Shown here: in pieces, positions 39,196 to 49,963 of the stretch | How positions within the stretch are numbered: the stretch's first letter is position 1 | Layout: every line of letters starts with the position of its first letter | Notes under the pieces: model-generated | Told to the model about the DNA's origin: nothing | The model's input: only the letters and a program-made list of their open reading frames with translations | The model's database searches: none | Translations under genes and position numbers: made by a program | Source of the DNA: Clostridia bacterium | GTDB taxonomy: Bacteria > Bacillota > Clostridia > UMGS1840 | Direction: 5' to 3' | Assembly: GCA_045638525.1 (NCBI GenBank) | Contig: JAZUBQ010000019.1 | Coordinates: 8,418-72,417 of the forward strand | Length of the DNA stretch: 64,000 nt

Positions 39196-40200
39196 TTATT
39201 TCAACATATTTTCAATAAAAATGCCATATCCTTTGGTGGGGTCATTTACAAAAACGTGTGTTACGGCTCCCACAAGCTTCCCATTTTGAAGTATCGGTGA
39301 GCCGCTCATTCCCTGCACAATACCGCCGGTTTGTGCAAGTAATGCTTCATCGGTGACTTCAATAATGAAATTCTTGTTGTCAGGTGAATCCAGAATTCTT
39401 ACAATTTCAATTTGATATTCCCGGGTTCCTGCATCAGAAACAGTAGACAAAACGGTTGCTTGTCCCGTTTTGATTTCACTTTTTGGACAAATGGGAATGG
39501 CTTTATTTTTAATGAAATCACCTCGAGTTAAGTTTCCATACAATCCTTGGGAATTGTTGGAACAAATTTCTCCAACCGCAGTTCCTGACAACACTCCAAC
39601 CAGTTCTCCCGGATGATTTTTTTCGCCCCGTTTGGCACCTTTCACCTCTACAAGTTCCAACTGTCCATCTCGAACGGGATAGGTTTTGTCGGTATCCATA
39701 TCATTGATGGGATGTCCAAGTGCCGCAAAGTGCTTTTTATCTTCCGTAAAAAATGTGACGGTCCCAATTCCCGCAGCGCTGTCTCTTAACCACATTCCGC
39801 ATACAAACTGATGACTTCTGTTATATTGCGGTGTTAAAGAAAGTGTTTTTTTCTCTTCCCCACGAAGGATAGTTAAATGGACGGTTTCTCCACCCACCGC
39901 CTTTAAAATTTCTTCAAAATGGCGGGTATTTAACACCAAAACCTCATTCACTTTCAAAATGATATCCCCGTTTTTCACTCCTGCTTTTTTTGCCGGAAGA
40001 TTCCCTTTTTGTTCCACACCAACCACCATGACGCCTTTGGTTTTTAATTTCATTCCAACTGCCTGTCCGGATGGTATCAAACGCAAGGTGGTTTGTTGAC
40101 TGCTGACCTTTAATTTTGGCGTATATAATCCACTAATGAAAGAAAAAATAAGAAAAAACGCAAAAATACTAATACTGATTTTTAGGTTTCGGTTTTTCAT
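39196..40200 (-). CDS. spoIVB: Stage IV sporulation protein B (PDZ plus S55 peptidase)
   Basis: LIPSGQAVG, PAKKAGVKNGDII, W.RDSAAGIGTVTF, ALGH, GGIVQGMSGSPI.QNGKLVGAVTHV. Confidence 0.94.
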   Translation of the reverse strand: MKNRNLKISISIFAFFLIFSFISGLYTPKLKVSSQQTTLRLIPSGQAVGMKLKTKGVMVVGVEQKGNLPAKKAGVKNGDIILKVNEVLVLNTRHFEEILKAVGGETVHLTILRGEEKKTLSLTPQYNRSHQFVCGMWLRDSAAGIGTVTFFTEDKKHFAALGHPINDMDTDKTYPVRDGQLELVEVKGAKRGEKNHPGELVGVLSGTAVGEICSNNSQGLYGNLTRGDFIKNKAIPICPKSEIKTGQATVLSTVSDAGTREYQIEIVRILDSPDNKNFIIEVTDEALLAQTGGIVQGMSGSPILQNGKLVGAVTHVFVNDPTKGYGIFIENMLK

Positions 40201-40308
40201 ATACAAAAAATTCTCCACATTCGTATTGTTTCATGTTCTACCTGCAATCTTAGTTTGACCGATTGCAAAAAAAATACGAATGTAATTTTTTGTTTTTTTA
40301 TAAAAAAA

Positions 40309-42090
40309 TTATTTCACCATGCACCAAACCAATAAATCAGTTGCCGCTCGGTTGGCAAACGAAAAATAAGGAATCAATCGTGCTGTAAAAAATTCCCGTT
40401 CGGGAGATTTTATGCGATAAATTTTATCGGTAACCACACGACGGCAAGCATCCAGATATAAAACCGGTGCCGGAATTCCATCTTCTGTGCCCAACCGAAC
40501 GTCAGAAGATTCCAACAGAGTAATATCCCGAAGATTTTCTCCATTGTCAATTCCTTCCATACAATATACAATGGGGCCACGCATAACGGCATATCTTCCT
40601 GCGTTATCCTGAATATTGGGATTTGCCTCCATAAAATGAACATGCATCGGAAGCGACAATTTCACCTTTTCCCCATCTTTTACCTCATAAACCGCAAATC
40701 CGTTTTCGGTTGCCCCTTCATATTCCACACACCAGGCAGGCACACGAATGTGCAAGATGGCAGGTTCTCCAAAATAGGTAAAATTCAGTTCACCATCGGT
40801 GGGATAGTTGGTTTCCAGACAAATTTTCGCCTCTTTTCCTCCAATCTCCAAGGTAGTTTCTCCGCAGATGAACTGATTGCAATAAATGTGATTCCCGTCC
40901 ACTGTGTAGGCATATCGGGGAATACTTGCCAACATTCTCACAAGGTTGGGCGGGCAACAGGAACATTCAAACACCTTTGCACGCTCACAACCTGCCTGAA
41001 AGGTGCTGCGCCGGTATTTTTTTAAATCCAGTTCCAACGGATTGGTATAAAAGAAGCTGTCACCACTTAAAGAAACCCCTGAAAGGAAGTTATTAAAGAA
41101 AATCTGTTCAATCAAATCTCCATAGTTGGAGTCAATCTTCGCTTCCTGCAATTCACCGGCAAACATCGTCATAGAGATGGCTGCACAAGTTTCATTATAG
41201 GTATCTGCATTCGGCAAATCGTATGCATAGGAAAACTGTTCGTCCATACGCTCCGAGCCAAAACCACCTGTGATACTCATTTTTTTGGTAGTGATATTTT
41301 CATACAGTCTGTCACAGGCATCTTGCAATTTGGTATCTCTATCAATTTTTGCAAGCATCGCCATAGCGGTGTAAAGATAACCTGCACGAACCGAATGCCC
41401 CACCGCTTCTGCCAACTCCCTCACAGGAAGATTGGACTGGTCGTAGGTGGTGTTCGGTTCCACGTCGTTATTCCCTCTTTGATTTAAGAAAAATCTTGCC
41501 AGCTCCAGATGTTTTTCGTTTCCTAAATACTGATAGAGTTTTAACAGAGCAATTTCAATTTCTTCGTGACCGGGCGTTTGAAATTTGGCTGTTTTTTCTT
41601 CCACAAACGCACGGTAAATGCAATCAATATTTTTTAACATACAGTTTAAGAGCGTATCTTTCCCTGTTGCCTTATGATAGGAAATTGCCGCCTCAATCAG
41701 ATGCCCTGTGCAATAAAGCTCGTGGTCTCCACGGTTATGATAAATTTCATCCGGTTTCACCGTTAAAAAATAGGAATTGAAATAACCATCTTCTCTTTGG
41801 TTTTTTGCGATATCATCAACCATTTCATCCACCAAGGCTTCCAAATCGGAAGATGGATTCTTCATCAGAATATATCCAACGCCTTCTATCCATTTTGCCA
41901 CATCGGAATCCCAGAAAATATGAGGCTGCTGCTCATCACCCTCTTTCCAGGTGCATTTTAAGGCATCAAAACGACCGGTTTCTTTGAAACGATCATACAC
42001 GCTTTTTACTACTTGATTTTGGTTTAACTCTTCGTAAAATTTCCAAAATCCGTCTTTTATCACAGTATTTTCAAAACTTAGATTCTTCAT
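40309..42090 (-). CDS. GH127 beta-L-arabinofuranosidase family protein
   Basis: DSDVAKWIE, HELYC.GHLIEA, GHEEIEIAL, GHSVRA.Y, NETCA, CCPPN. Confidence 0.9.
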   Translation of the reverse strand: MKNLSFENTVIKDGFWKFYEELNQNQVVKSVYDRFKETGRFDALKCTWKEGDEQQPHIFWDSDVAKWIEGVGYILMKNPSSDLEALVDEMVDDIAKNQREDGYFNSYFLTVKPDEIYHNRGDHELYCTGHLIEAAISYHKATGKDTLLNCMLKNIDCIYRAFVEEKTAKFQTPGHEEIEIALLKLYQYLGNEKHLELARFFLNQRGNNDVEPNTTYDQSNLPVRELAEAVGHSVRAGYLYTAMAMLAKIDRDTKLQDACDRLYENITTKKMSITGGFGSERMDEQFSYAYDLPNADTYNETCAAISMTMFAGELQEAKIDSNYGDLIEQIFFNNFLSGVSLSGDSFFYTNPLELDLKKYRRSTFQAGCERAKVFECSCCPPNLVRMLASIPRYAYTVDGNHIYCNQFICGETTLEIGGKEAKICLETNYPTDGELNFTYFGEPAILHIRVPAWCVEYEGATENGFAVYEVKDGEKVKLSLPMHVHFMEANPNIQDNAGRYAVMRGPIVYCMEGIDNGENLRDITLLESSDVRLGTEDGIPAPVLYLDACRRVVTDKIYRIKSPEREFFTARLIPYFSFANRAATDLLVWCMVK

Positions 42091-42206
42091 CAGATTCTCC
42101 TTTTGTAACTATTGATTTTTCTAAAAGGATATGCTATACTCATACTAACACTTTTCCTTGAAAAACGCAACCTTAATTTTGGTATGAAAGGTAGGAAAAA
42201 CCGACA

Positions 42207-42968
42207 ATGTTTGAACAAGTGAAAAACTGCGGTGCAGGCAAATTCATCTCCAACGACTGTTGGATGCATCCCGACCGTATCATTGATTCCTATGAAATCA
42301 TCTTTGTGACAAAAGGGTGTGTATATCTTCATAACAACGGCAAAAACTACACATTATATGCCAATGATATTCTCTTATTGGAGCCTGACAAACGGCATTT
42401 CGGGTATCAAGAAAGTTCCGACACCCGGTTTTTCTGGCTTCATTTTTCTGCACCTGAAAACCCACTATCTCAATCATTCTACACCGCTCCTGAAAATCCC
42501 TACCGTATTTCTCTGTATTTCCGACAGTTGATTGAAGCCCGTGTGATGAATATGCCTTCGGAAACATTGGATTATCTCACTCGCCTGATTTTAATCGAAC
42601 TGTATGTGAATGCAAAAAAAGAAAACACCAACGCCACCGCAGAAAAAATACGGGCTTGGATTAAAGCCAACTGCAACTCCCCCATCACCGCAAGCGAAAT
42701 TGCCAATCATTTTGGCTACAATGTGGATTACATCAATCGTCTATACAAATCCAATTTTAAGCAAACCATCAAAGAATCCATTGATGAAGAACGAATCCGC
42801 TACATAAAAATGCTGATGCTTTATGATAATCTCCCCTTAAAAGAAGTGGCAATGAAAGCAGGGTTTTCCGACTACAAATACTTCCTGCAATTCTTTAAGT
42901 ATCACGAAGGCATCACTCCAACACAATTTTATAAACAGTTTGCAAAAATTTATATCAATTCCCGCTAA
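42207..42968 (+). CDS. AraC family regulator divergent from GH127
   Basis: HP.R..DSYEII; C-terminal EVA..GFSD..YF..FK..GITP. Confidence 0.9.
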   Translation: MFEQVKNCGAGKFISNDCWMHPDRIIDSYEIIFVTKGCVYLHNNGKNYTLYANDILLLEPDKRHFGYQESSDTRFFWLHFSAPENPLSQSFYTAPENPYRISLYFRQLIEARVMNMPSETLDYLTRLILIELYVNAKKENTNATAEKIRAWIKANCNSPITASEIANHFGYNVDYINRLYKSNFKQTIKESIDEERIRYIKMLMLYDNLPLKEVAMKAGFSDYKYFLQFFKYHEGITPTQFYKQFAKIYINSR

Positions 42969-42976
42969 GAGATATC

Positions 42977-43019
42977 AAAACAGCCTATCCGATTCAATGA
43001 ATCGGATAGGCTGTTTTTT
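42977..43019. terminator. Bidirectional terminator
   Basis: AAAACAGCCTATCCGATTC-AAT-GAATCGGATAGGCTGTTTT. Confidence 0.85.
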
Positions 43020-43025
43020 CGTTTT

Positions 43026-43997
43026 TTAATACACACTTTCGTCCGCTAAGATTTCATCAATATAGTTTTTCACATCCGAAAGAGTTAACAAATTTGCCAC
43101 TTTTAATTTATAGGGTTTTGCATTGTGCAAGCCTTTTAAATACCACAGGATATGACATCTGGCTTCTTTGATAGCATTTTTTTTCGTCGCACACATTTTT
43201 TCAACCTGACGGTATAAAACCTGCATTTTTTCCGTTTTGGAAATGACCCGTTCAGGATTTTTTATCAAATCGAATACAAAAGGATTTCCCAATGCGGCTC
43301 TGCCAATCATTACGCCATCACAACCGGTTTCTGCTTTCATTCTAAGATAGCTTTCCCGATTGCAAACATCGCCATTTCCAATGACGGGGATTTTGACAGC
43401 TTCCTTCACTGCTTTGATGAAAGATAAATCCGCAACGCCCGAATACTGCATTTCACGGGTTCTGCCGTGTACTGCAAGAAAATCGGCACCTGCTTCTTCG
43501 CAAAGTTTTGCACATTCCACCACGTTTTTATGCTCACTGTCAAAACCGATACGAAGTTTCACACTTAGCGGTAACTTTGTTGCCTTTCGCATCCCACAGA
43601 CAATTTCATACAACAGTTTGGGGTTTTGCATCAGGGCAGAACCGTCGCTGTTTTTCACGATTTTCGGTGCGGGACAACCGGAATTTAAGTCTATCATAGA
43701 AAAGCCCATTTCTTCGATTTGCTTCACCGCTTCGGATAACACCTCCGGCTCGTGACCGAACAGTTGCACCGATAAAGGGGTATCTTCGGGAGAGGTTTTC
43801 AACAAATCGAAGGTATGTTTATCCCGATAGGTTAAGGCTTTGGCACTAATCATTTCGGAAACTGCAAGGAGAGCACCCTGCTCCCTTGCAATTTCACGGT
43901 AAGGCAAATCCGTTACACCTGCCATAGGTGCCAGAACCAAATCATTTTGAGACAAAATTTCTGAGATATTAAAAAATTTCAAAGAATTATAACTCAT
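43026..43997 (-). CDS. dusB: tRNA-dihydrouridine synthase
   Basis: [35 protein letters not shown]. Confidence 0.93.
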   Translation of the reverse strand: MSYNSLKFFNISEILSQNDLVLAPMAGVTDLPYREIAREQGALLAVSEMISAKALTYRDKHTFDLLKTSPEDTPLSVQLFGHEPEVLSEAVKQIEEMGFSMIDLNSGCPAPKIVKNSDGSALMQNPKLLYEIVCGMRKATKLPLSVKLRIGFDSEHKNVVECAKLCEEAGADFLAVHGRTREMQYSGVADLSFIKAVKEAVKIPVIGNGDVCNRESYLRMKAETGCDGVMIGRAALGNPFVFDLIKNPERVISKTEKMQVLYRQVEKMCATKKNAIKEARCHILWYLKGLHNAKPYKLKVANLLTLSDVKNYIDEILADESVY

Positions 43998-46602
43998 TTA
44001 AACTTTCTTCCACTTTAGCCAGTTTTTCCAGGAAGGACTGTTCTTTCGCTTTTTCAGCCTGCACCAGTTTTTCGGGAGCTTTGTCCACAAAGCCTTTATT
44101 GGAGAGCTTACTGCGAACCAGATCCAGTTCTTTTAATAAGAATTCTTTTTCTTTGGTTAAACGAGCCAGTTCTTTGTCTTTATCAATGAGTTCCGCTAAG
44201 GGAATCATCACTTCGATGCCCTGACCAACCACGTTAACAGATTTTTCAGTTAATGCCTCTTTGGAATCCACCAAAATCATTTCGGAAGAATAGGTCAGTT
44301 TGGTTAAAAATTCAGAACAAGCAGAAACAAAATCCTTATCTTCGCATAACACATACAGTTTTGTTTTATTCTTGGGCGGAACATTCATTTCGCTTCTTGC
44401 ATTTCTGACAGAAGTAATCAATTCAATGTAAGCTTCCACTTTAGCTTCTTCTGCCGCAAAATTCAATTCTTCGCTGTATTCCGGGAAAGAAGAAATCATA
44501 ATGCTTTCCTCTTCCACAGGTAACGCCTGATAAATTTCTTCGGTGATAAAAGGCATAAAGGGATGGAGCAATTTTAAGAATCCGCTCATAACATAGCAGA
44601 GCACATTCTGTGCCGCCTTGTCTTCCCCTGCCATCAGACGGGGTTTCACCATTTCGATATACCAGTCACAGTATACGTTCCAGATGAAGTCATACAGCTT
44701 GGAAACTGCCATACCCAATTCAAATTTATCCAAGTTTTCATTGACATCTTTTGCCAACGCATTAAATTTGGATAAAATCCATTTGTCTTCGGGTTCTAAA
44801 GAGCCTAAATCCAATTCAATTTTATCAATGGTCAGATTCATCAGCACAAAACGGGAGGCATTCCAGATTTTGTTTGCAAAGTTACGGGATGCTTCCACAC
44901 GTTCGGTGTAAAAACGCATATCGTTTCCGGGAGAGTTACCGGTAGCCAAAGTGAATCTTAACGCATCGGCACCATACTGGTCGATGATTTCTAAGGGATC
45001 GATACCGTTTCCTAAAGATTTGGACATTTTTCTGCCCTGAGAGTCTCTTACAATACCGTGAATGAACACATGTTTAAAGGGTTCTTTGCCCATATGTTCC
45101 ATACCGGAGAAAATCATTCTTGCCACCCAGAAGAAAATAATGTCATATGCTGTTACCAACACACTGCTGGGATAGAAATATTTTAATTCTTCAGTGTTGT
45201 CGGGCCAACCTAAGGTAGAGAAGGGCCACAATGCAGAAGAGAACCAGGTATCCAGCACGTCTTCTTCCTGCTTCATCTTACCGCCACATTTGGGACAGGT
45301 ATGAACATCTTCTTTGGAAACCACCATTTCACCACAAGCTTCACAGTAGAAAGCAGGGATTCTGTGTCCCCACCACAACTGACGGGAAATACACCAATCG
45401 TGTACATTTTCCATCCAGTTTAAGTAAGTTTTGGAGAAACGGTCGGGAACAAACTGAATGGTTCCGTCTTTTACCACACGGATTGCTTCTTCTGCCAGAG
45501 GTTCCATTTTTACAAACCACTGACTGGAAGTGATGGGTTCCACGGTGGTACCGCAACGATAACACTGGCCCACATTGTGAGCGTGTTCTTCGATTTTCAC
45601 CAATAAGCCCTGTTCCTGCAAATCAGCAATCATCGCTTTTCTTGCTTCATAGCGGTCCATACCTTCATATTTTCCGCCATAGTGATTGATGGTTGCATCA
45701 TCATTCATCACTTTGATAACTTCTAAACCATGACGTTTTCCAACTTCAAAGTCGTTGGGGTCATGAGCCGGAGTGATTTTCACACAGCCGGTTCCGAAAT
45801 CTTTTTCAACATATTCATCGGCAACCACCGGAATTTCTCTGCCAACCAAAGGCAGAACCAGCATTTTGCCAACCAAATGCGCATATCTTTCATCTTCGGG
45901 ATGTACGGCAACCGCAGTATCACCCAGTAAGGTTTCAGGACGGGTGGTCGCAATTACCACAAACTCGTCAGAATCCTTCACGGGATACTTAATGTGCCAG
46001 AAATGACCCTGCTGTTCCGTATATTCTACTTCCGCATCCGATAATGCGGTAATACAATTCGGACACCAGTTGATGATTCTGTTGCCTTTATAAATCAGAC
46101 CTTTTTCATATAAGTTTACAAACACTTCACGAACCGCTTTGGAGCAACCCTCATCCATAGTGAAGCGTTCTCTTTCCCAGTCACAGGAAGAACCTAATTT
46201 CTTCAACTGATGGATAATTCTGTCACCGAATTTTTCCTTCCAGTCCCACACACGTTTGATAAACTCTTCTCTGCCTAAGTCATAACGGGTTAAGCCTTCG
46301 TTCACACGGAGAGCTTCCTCTACTTTAATCTGAGTTGCAATCCCTGCATGGTCAGTACCCGGAAGCCACAACGCAGAAAAACCTTTCATTCTTTTATAAC
46401 GGATTAAAATATCCTGCAAGGTTTCATCCAGAGCGTGTCCCATATGAAGCTGACCGGTTACATTCGGAGGGGGAATCACGATGGTATAGGGTTCTTTTTT
46501 GGAATCGGGTTCCGCATGGAAATACCCTTTTTCCTCCCAGGTTTTGTACAGACGATCCTCAACAGAAGAAGGATCATAAGTTTTGGAAAGTTCTTTTCTC
46601 AT
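43987..46602 (-). CDS. valS: Valine--tRNA ligase
   Basis: [13 protein letters not shown] (HIGH-like), [16 protein letters not shown]; C-terminal coiled coil. Confidence 0.98.
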   Translation of the reverse strand: MRKELSKTYDPSSVEDRLYKTWEEKGYFHAEPDSKKEPYTIVIPPPNVTGQLHMGHALDETLQDILIRYKRMKGFSALWLPGTDHAGIATQIKVEEALRVNEGLTRYDLGREEFIKRVWDWKEKFGDRIIHQLKKLGSSCDWERERFTMDEGCSKAVREVFVNLYEKGLIYKGNRIINWCPNCITALSDAEVEYTEQQGHFWHIKYPVKDSDEFVVIATTRPETLLGDTAVAVHPEDERYAHLVGKMLVLPLVGREIPVVADEYVEKDFGTGCVKITPAHDPNDFEVGKRHGLEVIKVMNDDATINHYGGKYEGMDRYEARKAMIADLQEQGLLVKIEEHAHNVGQCYRCGTTVEPITSSQWFVKMEPLAEEAIRVVKDGTIQFVPDRFSKTYLNWMENVHDWCISRQLWWGHRIPAFYCEACGEMVVSKEDVHTCPKCGGKMKQEEDVLDTWFSSALWPFSTLGWPDNTEELKYFYPSSVLVTAYDIIFFWVARMIFSGMEHMGKEPFKHVFIHGIVRDSQGRKMSKSLGNGIDPLEIIDQYGADALRFTLATGNSPGNDMRFYTERVEASRNFANKIWNASRFVLMNLTIDKIELDLGSLEPEDKWILSKFNALAKDVNENLDKFELGMAVSKLYDFIWNVYCDWYIEMVKPRLMAGEDKAAQNVLCYVMSGFLKLLHPFMPFITEEIYQALPVEEESIMISSFPEYSEELNFAAEEAKVEAYIELITSVRNARSEMNVPPKNKTKLYVLCEDKDFVSACSEFLTKLTYSSEMILVDSKEALTEKSVNVVGQGIEVMIPLAELIDKDKELARLTKEKEFLLKELDLVRSKLSNKGFVDKAPEKLVQAEKAKEQSFLEKLAKVEESLNEL

Positions 46603-46643
46603 ATTTATCATTCACCTTTCGTGTAATATACAAACTAAAGCGT

Positions 46644-46832
46644 TTATCCGAAAAACACAAACAAAATGCCGATGACGGCAATCAAAAGTCCCAAAAGTTT
46701 GGTGTTTAGAATTTCTTTATCAGATGCCTCGTCCGTCTTTTTGACAACTTTCACAAGCCAACTTGCCAAAAACGAAAACAAGGCTCCCAAAATCACAATC
46801 ACCAATCCTAAAATTTTCAAAAGACGCCACAC
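46644..46832 (-). CDS. Small two-TM membrane protein
   Basis: 62 aa with two hydrophobic helices; AAAGGAG RBS; upstream of valS. Confidence 0.65.
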   Translation of the reverse strand: MWRLLKILGLVIVILGALFSFLASWLVKVVKKTDEASDKEILNTKLLGLLIAVIGILFVFFG

Positions 46833-47010
46833 TCCTTTCGGACATAATACACTATTTTTAATTATATACTATTATAACAAAAATTTCAAGTGATTTTTAG
46901 GAATCGCACAATTTTTTTTACAAATTGGAAATTTTCCGAACAATTCCCCTGTTTTTTTCCGCTTTTCTGACAGTTTCTGTTAACTTTTTAGAACTTTTTT
47001 CAAAAAAGAC

Positions 47011-47039
47011 TTGACAATTTTAAAATTATTCATTATAAT
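47011..47039 (+). promoter_or_regulatory. Consensus sigma-A promoter of rpsT
   Basis: TTGACA-N17-TATAAT. Confidence 0.85.
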
Positions 47040-47158
47040 ATCAAAGGTTATATTGGTAATACTATTTGAGTGCAATACCAAGTCGTTCTTGGTGCGCAAC
47101 CTCTGACTCAAATAATACTTATAAAAAACTTAATTTTAAGAAAAGGAGTATTTTTGAA

Positions 47159-47425
47159 ATGCCGAATATCAAATCCGCTGAAAAAAGAGTAAAAGTTATC
47201 GCAACCAAAACTCTGCAGAACCAGATGATTAAATCTAACTTAAAAACTACTTTAAAAACTTTTGAAGCAGCTTGCGAAAACAAAGCTGACAACTTAGCTG
47301 AAGTGTTCCAGAACACCGTAAAAACCATCGACATGGCTTGCACCAAAGGTATTCTGAAAAAGAACACCGCTTCCAGAAAAAAATCCAGCGTTGCAAAAAA
47401 ATACAACGCAGCAATCAAAGGTTAA
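47159..47425 (+). CDS. rpsT: 30S ribosomal protein S20
   Basis: MPNIKSAEKRV...KGILKKNTASRKKS; AAGGAG RBS. Confidence 0.97.
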   Translation: MPNIKSAEKRVKVIATKTLQNQMIKSNLKTTLKTFEAACENKADNLAEVFQNTVKTIDMACTKGILKKNTASRKKSSVAKKYNAAIKG

Positions 47426-47441
47426 TTCTAACCCAAACATT

Positions 47442-47478
47442 AAAATCCCGTATGGAACTTCCATGCGGGATTTTTTGT
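47442..47478. terminator. rpsT terminator
   Basis: AAAATCCCGTATGGAA-C-TTCCATGCGGGATTTTTT. Confidence 0.8.
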
Positions 47479-47484
47479 TTTTAT

Positions 47485-47610
47485 TTACGATAAACCGAGC
47501 AATTTCTTTGCATTGATTGAAAAAATCTTTTCCTTTTCAGTATCGGTTAACAGATTGTCAAACAATATTCCACCTAAGTACATTCCCGGATTGCAGGTTG
47601 GATAATCAGA
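47485..47610 (-). pseudogene. 3' remnant of an amidohydrolase_2 family gene
   Basis: Translates SDYPTCNPGMYLGGILFDNLLTDTEKEKIFSINAKKLLGLS*, matching the (G)SDYP ... EKEKI...NA..LL C-terminus. Confidence 0.7.
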
Positions 47611-47615
47611 CAATA

Positions 47616-48533
47616 TTAAAAAATACTTAAATCCAATTCTTTGCTTAACAGTTCCAGTGCTTTGATTCCGGCAACGCTGTTTCCTTTGGCATCCAGAGCA
47701 GGCGAATAAATACCAATTCCCATTTTATTGGGAACAATCGCCATAATTCCGCCACCTACTCCACTTTTGGCAGGAACCCCAACATTCACCGCAAATTCAC
47801 CCGAACCGTCATACATTCCGCAATTCATTAAAACTGCATTAATATAGCGGGCATATTTTTTATCAAACAAAGTTTCCCCTGTTCGTAAATTTATCCCCTT
47901 ATTTGCAAATACGGAGGCAATTTTTGCTAAATCGGCACAACTGACTTTAATGGAACAGGCACGAAAATAACAATCCACCACTTCCTCAACATCAGATTCC
48001 AACATTCCATATGCCTTTAACATATAGGCAAGGGCTCTGTTTTTATTACCGGTTTCTTTTTCGGAGCGATACACAGCTTCATCCATTTTAAGATTAGGAT
48101 TATCGGAAATCCTTCGTGTTAATTCCAAAAGTCTTTCAAATCTTTTCAAATAGCCGTCCCCTTTAATTAAGGTACAAAGAGCAATGGCACCTGCATTCAC
48201 CATCGGATTGATATGCTCGCTTCTTAGCGCCTGGTCACTGTAATTAAAAGCATCAAACGGCTTACCGGTTGCTTCCACACCCACCAGAGAACGAACCCGT
48301 TGCTCCCCGTTGTCCATCAAAGCCTGCAGTAAAATCATAGGCTTTACAATACTTTGCATCGTGAAAGTTTTGCCATAATCTCCAGCAAAGCATAATTCTT
48401 TTGTATCTGTGGTAAGACAGATTCCAAAATCGTTGGTATCTACCTTTGCCAGTTCCGGAATATAATTGGCAACCTTCCCACATTTTGTATATTGTTCACA
48501 TTGTTTCAAAACAGATTGCAGTAACGCATTCAT
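47616..48533 (-). CDS. glsA: Glutaminase
   Basis: GKVANYIPEL, FTMQSIVK, NPMVNAGAI, CGMYDGSGEF, PAKSGVGGG, GNSVAG. Confidence 0.95.
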   Translation of the reverse strand: MNALLQSVLKQCEQYTKCGKVANYIPELAKVDTNDFGICLTTDTKELCFAGDYGKTFTMQSIVKPMILLQALMDNGEQRVRSLVGVEATGKPFDAFNYSDQALRSEHINPMVNAGAIALCTLIKGDGYLKRFERLLELTRRISDNPNLKMDEAVYRSEKETGNKNRALAYMLKAYGMLESDVEEVVDCYFRACSIKVSCADLAKIASVFANKGINLRTGETLFDKKYARYINAVLMNCGMYDGSGEFAVNVGVPAKSGVGGGIMAIVPNKMGIGIYSPALDAKGNSVAGIKALELLSKELDLSIF

Positions 48534-48565
48534 TGTATCATTCCTCTTTTTTGGACTTATTTCTG

Positions 48566-48759
48566 TCAGTTTCTGAAAACTACGTTTTTTCTTTATCATC
48601 CATAGCATCGACAATGGCAAGAGATTCTAAACACTATCCCATTTCACGAATTGTTTTTCCACCAGGTTGGAAGCCTTTTTCAATCAAAATTCCAATCCCA
48701 AAAACTTGGGCACCTGCTTCTTTGGTAATCGAAATCAGTCCTTGCAACGCACAAACGTT
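48566..48759 (-). pseudogene. xpt: 3' remnant of xanthine phosphoribosyltransferase
   Basis: Translates NVCALQGLISITKEAGAQVFGIGILIEKGFQPGGKTIREMG*CLESLAIVDAMD...VVFRN*; Xpt IEKxFQxG and ESLA motifs with an in-frame TAG. Confidence 0.85.
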
Positions 48760-49700
48760 TAATTTGGGCAATCTTCAATCCAATCTCCCAAAATATTATC
48801 AGCAACAAAAATATCGGACCCTTGCATAGAATCTGCCACTTGTTCCGCTGTACGACCGCCGATGATGGGAAACACATCCACTTGAGAAATGGAGCAAAGA
48901 ATTGCACAAACTACGGATGCCACGCTACAGTTTTGTTCTGCTGCCACTTGCTTGATAATTTCCAATCGTCTCAGATTTTCCTGACATAAATACCGTTTTT
49001 TTGCTTTTTCGGACAGTCCGCTTTCTCCCTGCTCTGCCATTTTAGAGAAGAATCCCTTTGCCTGAGCGGAATAGGCCGCCACGGGCATAGAATTATTTTT
49101 ATAAAATTCAAATTCTTTGGAATCCATTCCCACAAGTCCGCCTCTCTCTCCTAAACAGAAGGCCGGATTAAACCGTATCTGACTTGCCGAAAATCCCATC
49201 AAATTGTTTTCTTTAGCATATTGATTTGCCTGTCCGATTCTTTCCGAACGCCAGTTAGACGCCCCGAATTTCTTAATTTTGCCTTCTTTTACCAAAACAT
49301 TCATATAATCAATAATCTGAGAAACAGGCATACTCTCATCATCACGATGAAGCCAATAAAAATCGACACAGTCCAGTCCCAACGCAGTAAGACTCTGCTC
49401 TAAATCCCAACGGATGTCCGACTCCTGTAATCTGGGGGTATCGCCTGCATCCACATCATAATATCCACCTTTGGTAGAAACAAAAATATCGGCAGGTCTT
49501 CTGTCTTTGAGCCATTTGCCGACTACCTTTTCCGCTTCTCCGTCGGCATACAAACGAGCGGTATCAATGTGTCTTCCACCCATTTCATAATAAGTATCCA
49601 TAATATGAAAAGATTCCGCTTCTGTGATGGTGTCACCGAAATAACCGGTTCCTAAAAGTATCTTAGAGCTTCGTTTGCCAAAACTGTCTGAATATTTCAT
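48759..49700 (-). CDS. Aldo/keto reductase
   Basis: LGT, IDTARLY, STKGG, YWLHRDD, GASNW, YSAQAKGFF. Confidence 0.9.
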   Translation of the reverse strand: MKYSDSFGKRSSKILLGTGYFGDTITEAESFHIMDTYYEMGGRHIDTARLYADGEAEKVVGKWLKDRRPADIFVSTKGGYYDVDAGDTPRLQESDIRWDLEQSLTALGLDCVDFYWLHRDDESMPVSQIIDYMNVLVKEGKIKKFGASNWRSERIGQANQYAKENNLMGFSASQIRFNPAFCLGERGGLVGMDSKEFEFYKNNSMPVAAYSAQAKGFFSKMAEQGESGLSEKAKKRYLCQENLRRLEIIKQVAAEQNCSVASVVCAILCSISQVDVFPIIGGRTAEQVADSMQGSDIFVADNILGDWIEDCPN

Positions 49701-49781
49701 AGGTTTTCTCCTTGCGATAAAAAATTCTTTAATTAGATTGATTATAGCACCTTTTTTACCAAAATGCAATAAATATACAAT

Positions 49782-49963
49782 AAAAAGGATTCCGCAAAAT
49801 AGCAGAATCCTTTTTTTATCATTCTGTATGACAGGCGTGGAAAAACGGACAAGAATTCATCAACCGAACACCCAACGAGTGGAAATACCACTCCGAAGTC
49901 GTACATTGTGTACGCCGAGTGATGAGGTTGGTGAATGGCAAAGCGCTCTCGTTCATTTTTCAA
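49782..49963. repeat. Structured intergenic repeat, family B, copy 1 (includes terminator)
   Basis: Shares AGAATTCATCAACC, CCGAAG..GTAC...GTAC..CGAG, GATGAGGTTGGTGAAT and GCGCTCTCGTTCATTTTTCAA with 52327-52508. Confidence 0.8.

Noticed and set aside
46603-46900. T-box riboswitch upstream of valS
   Set aside because: The space is taken by a 62-aa membrane ORF, and no T-box consensus (GGTGGNACCGCG) or antiterminator is visible.
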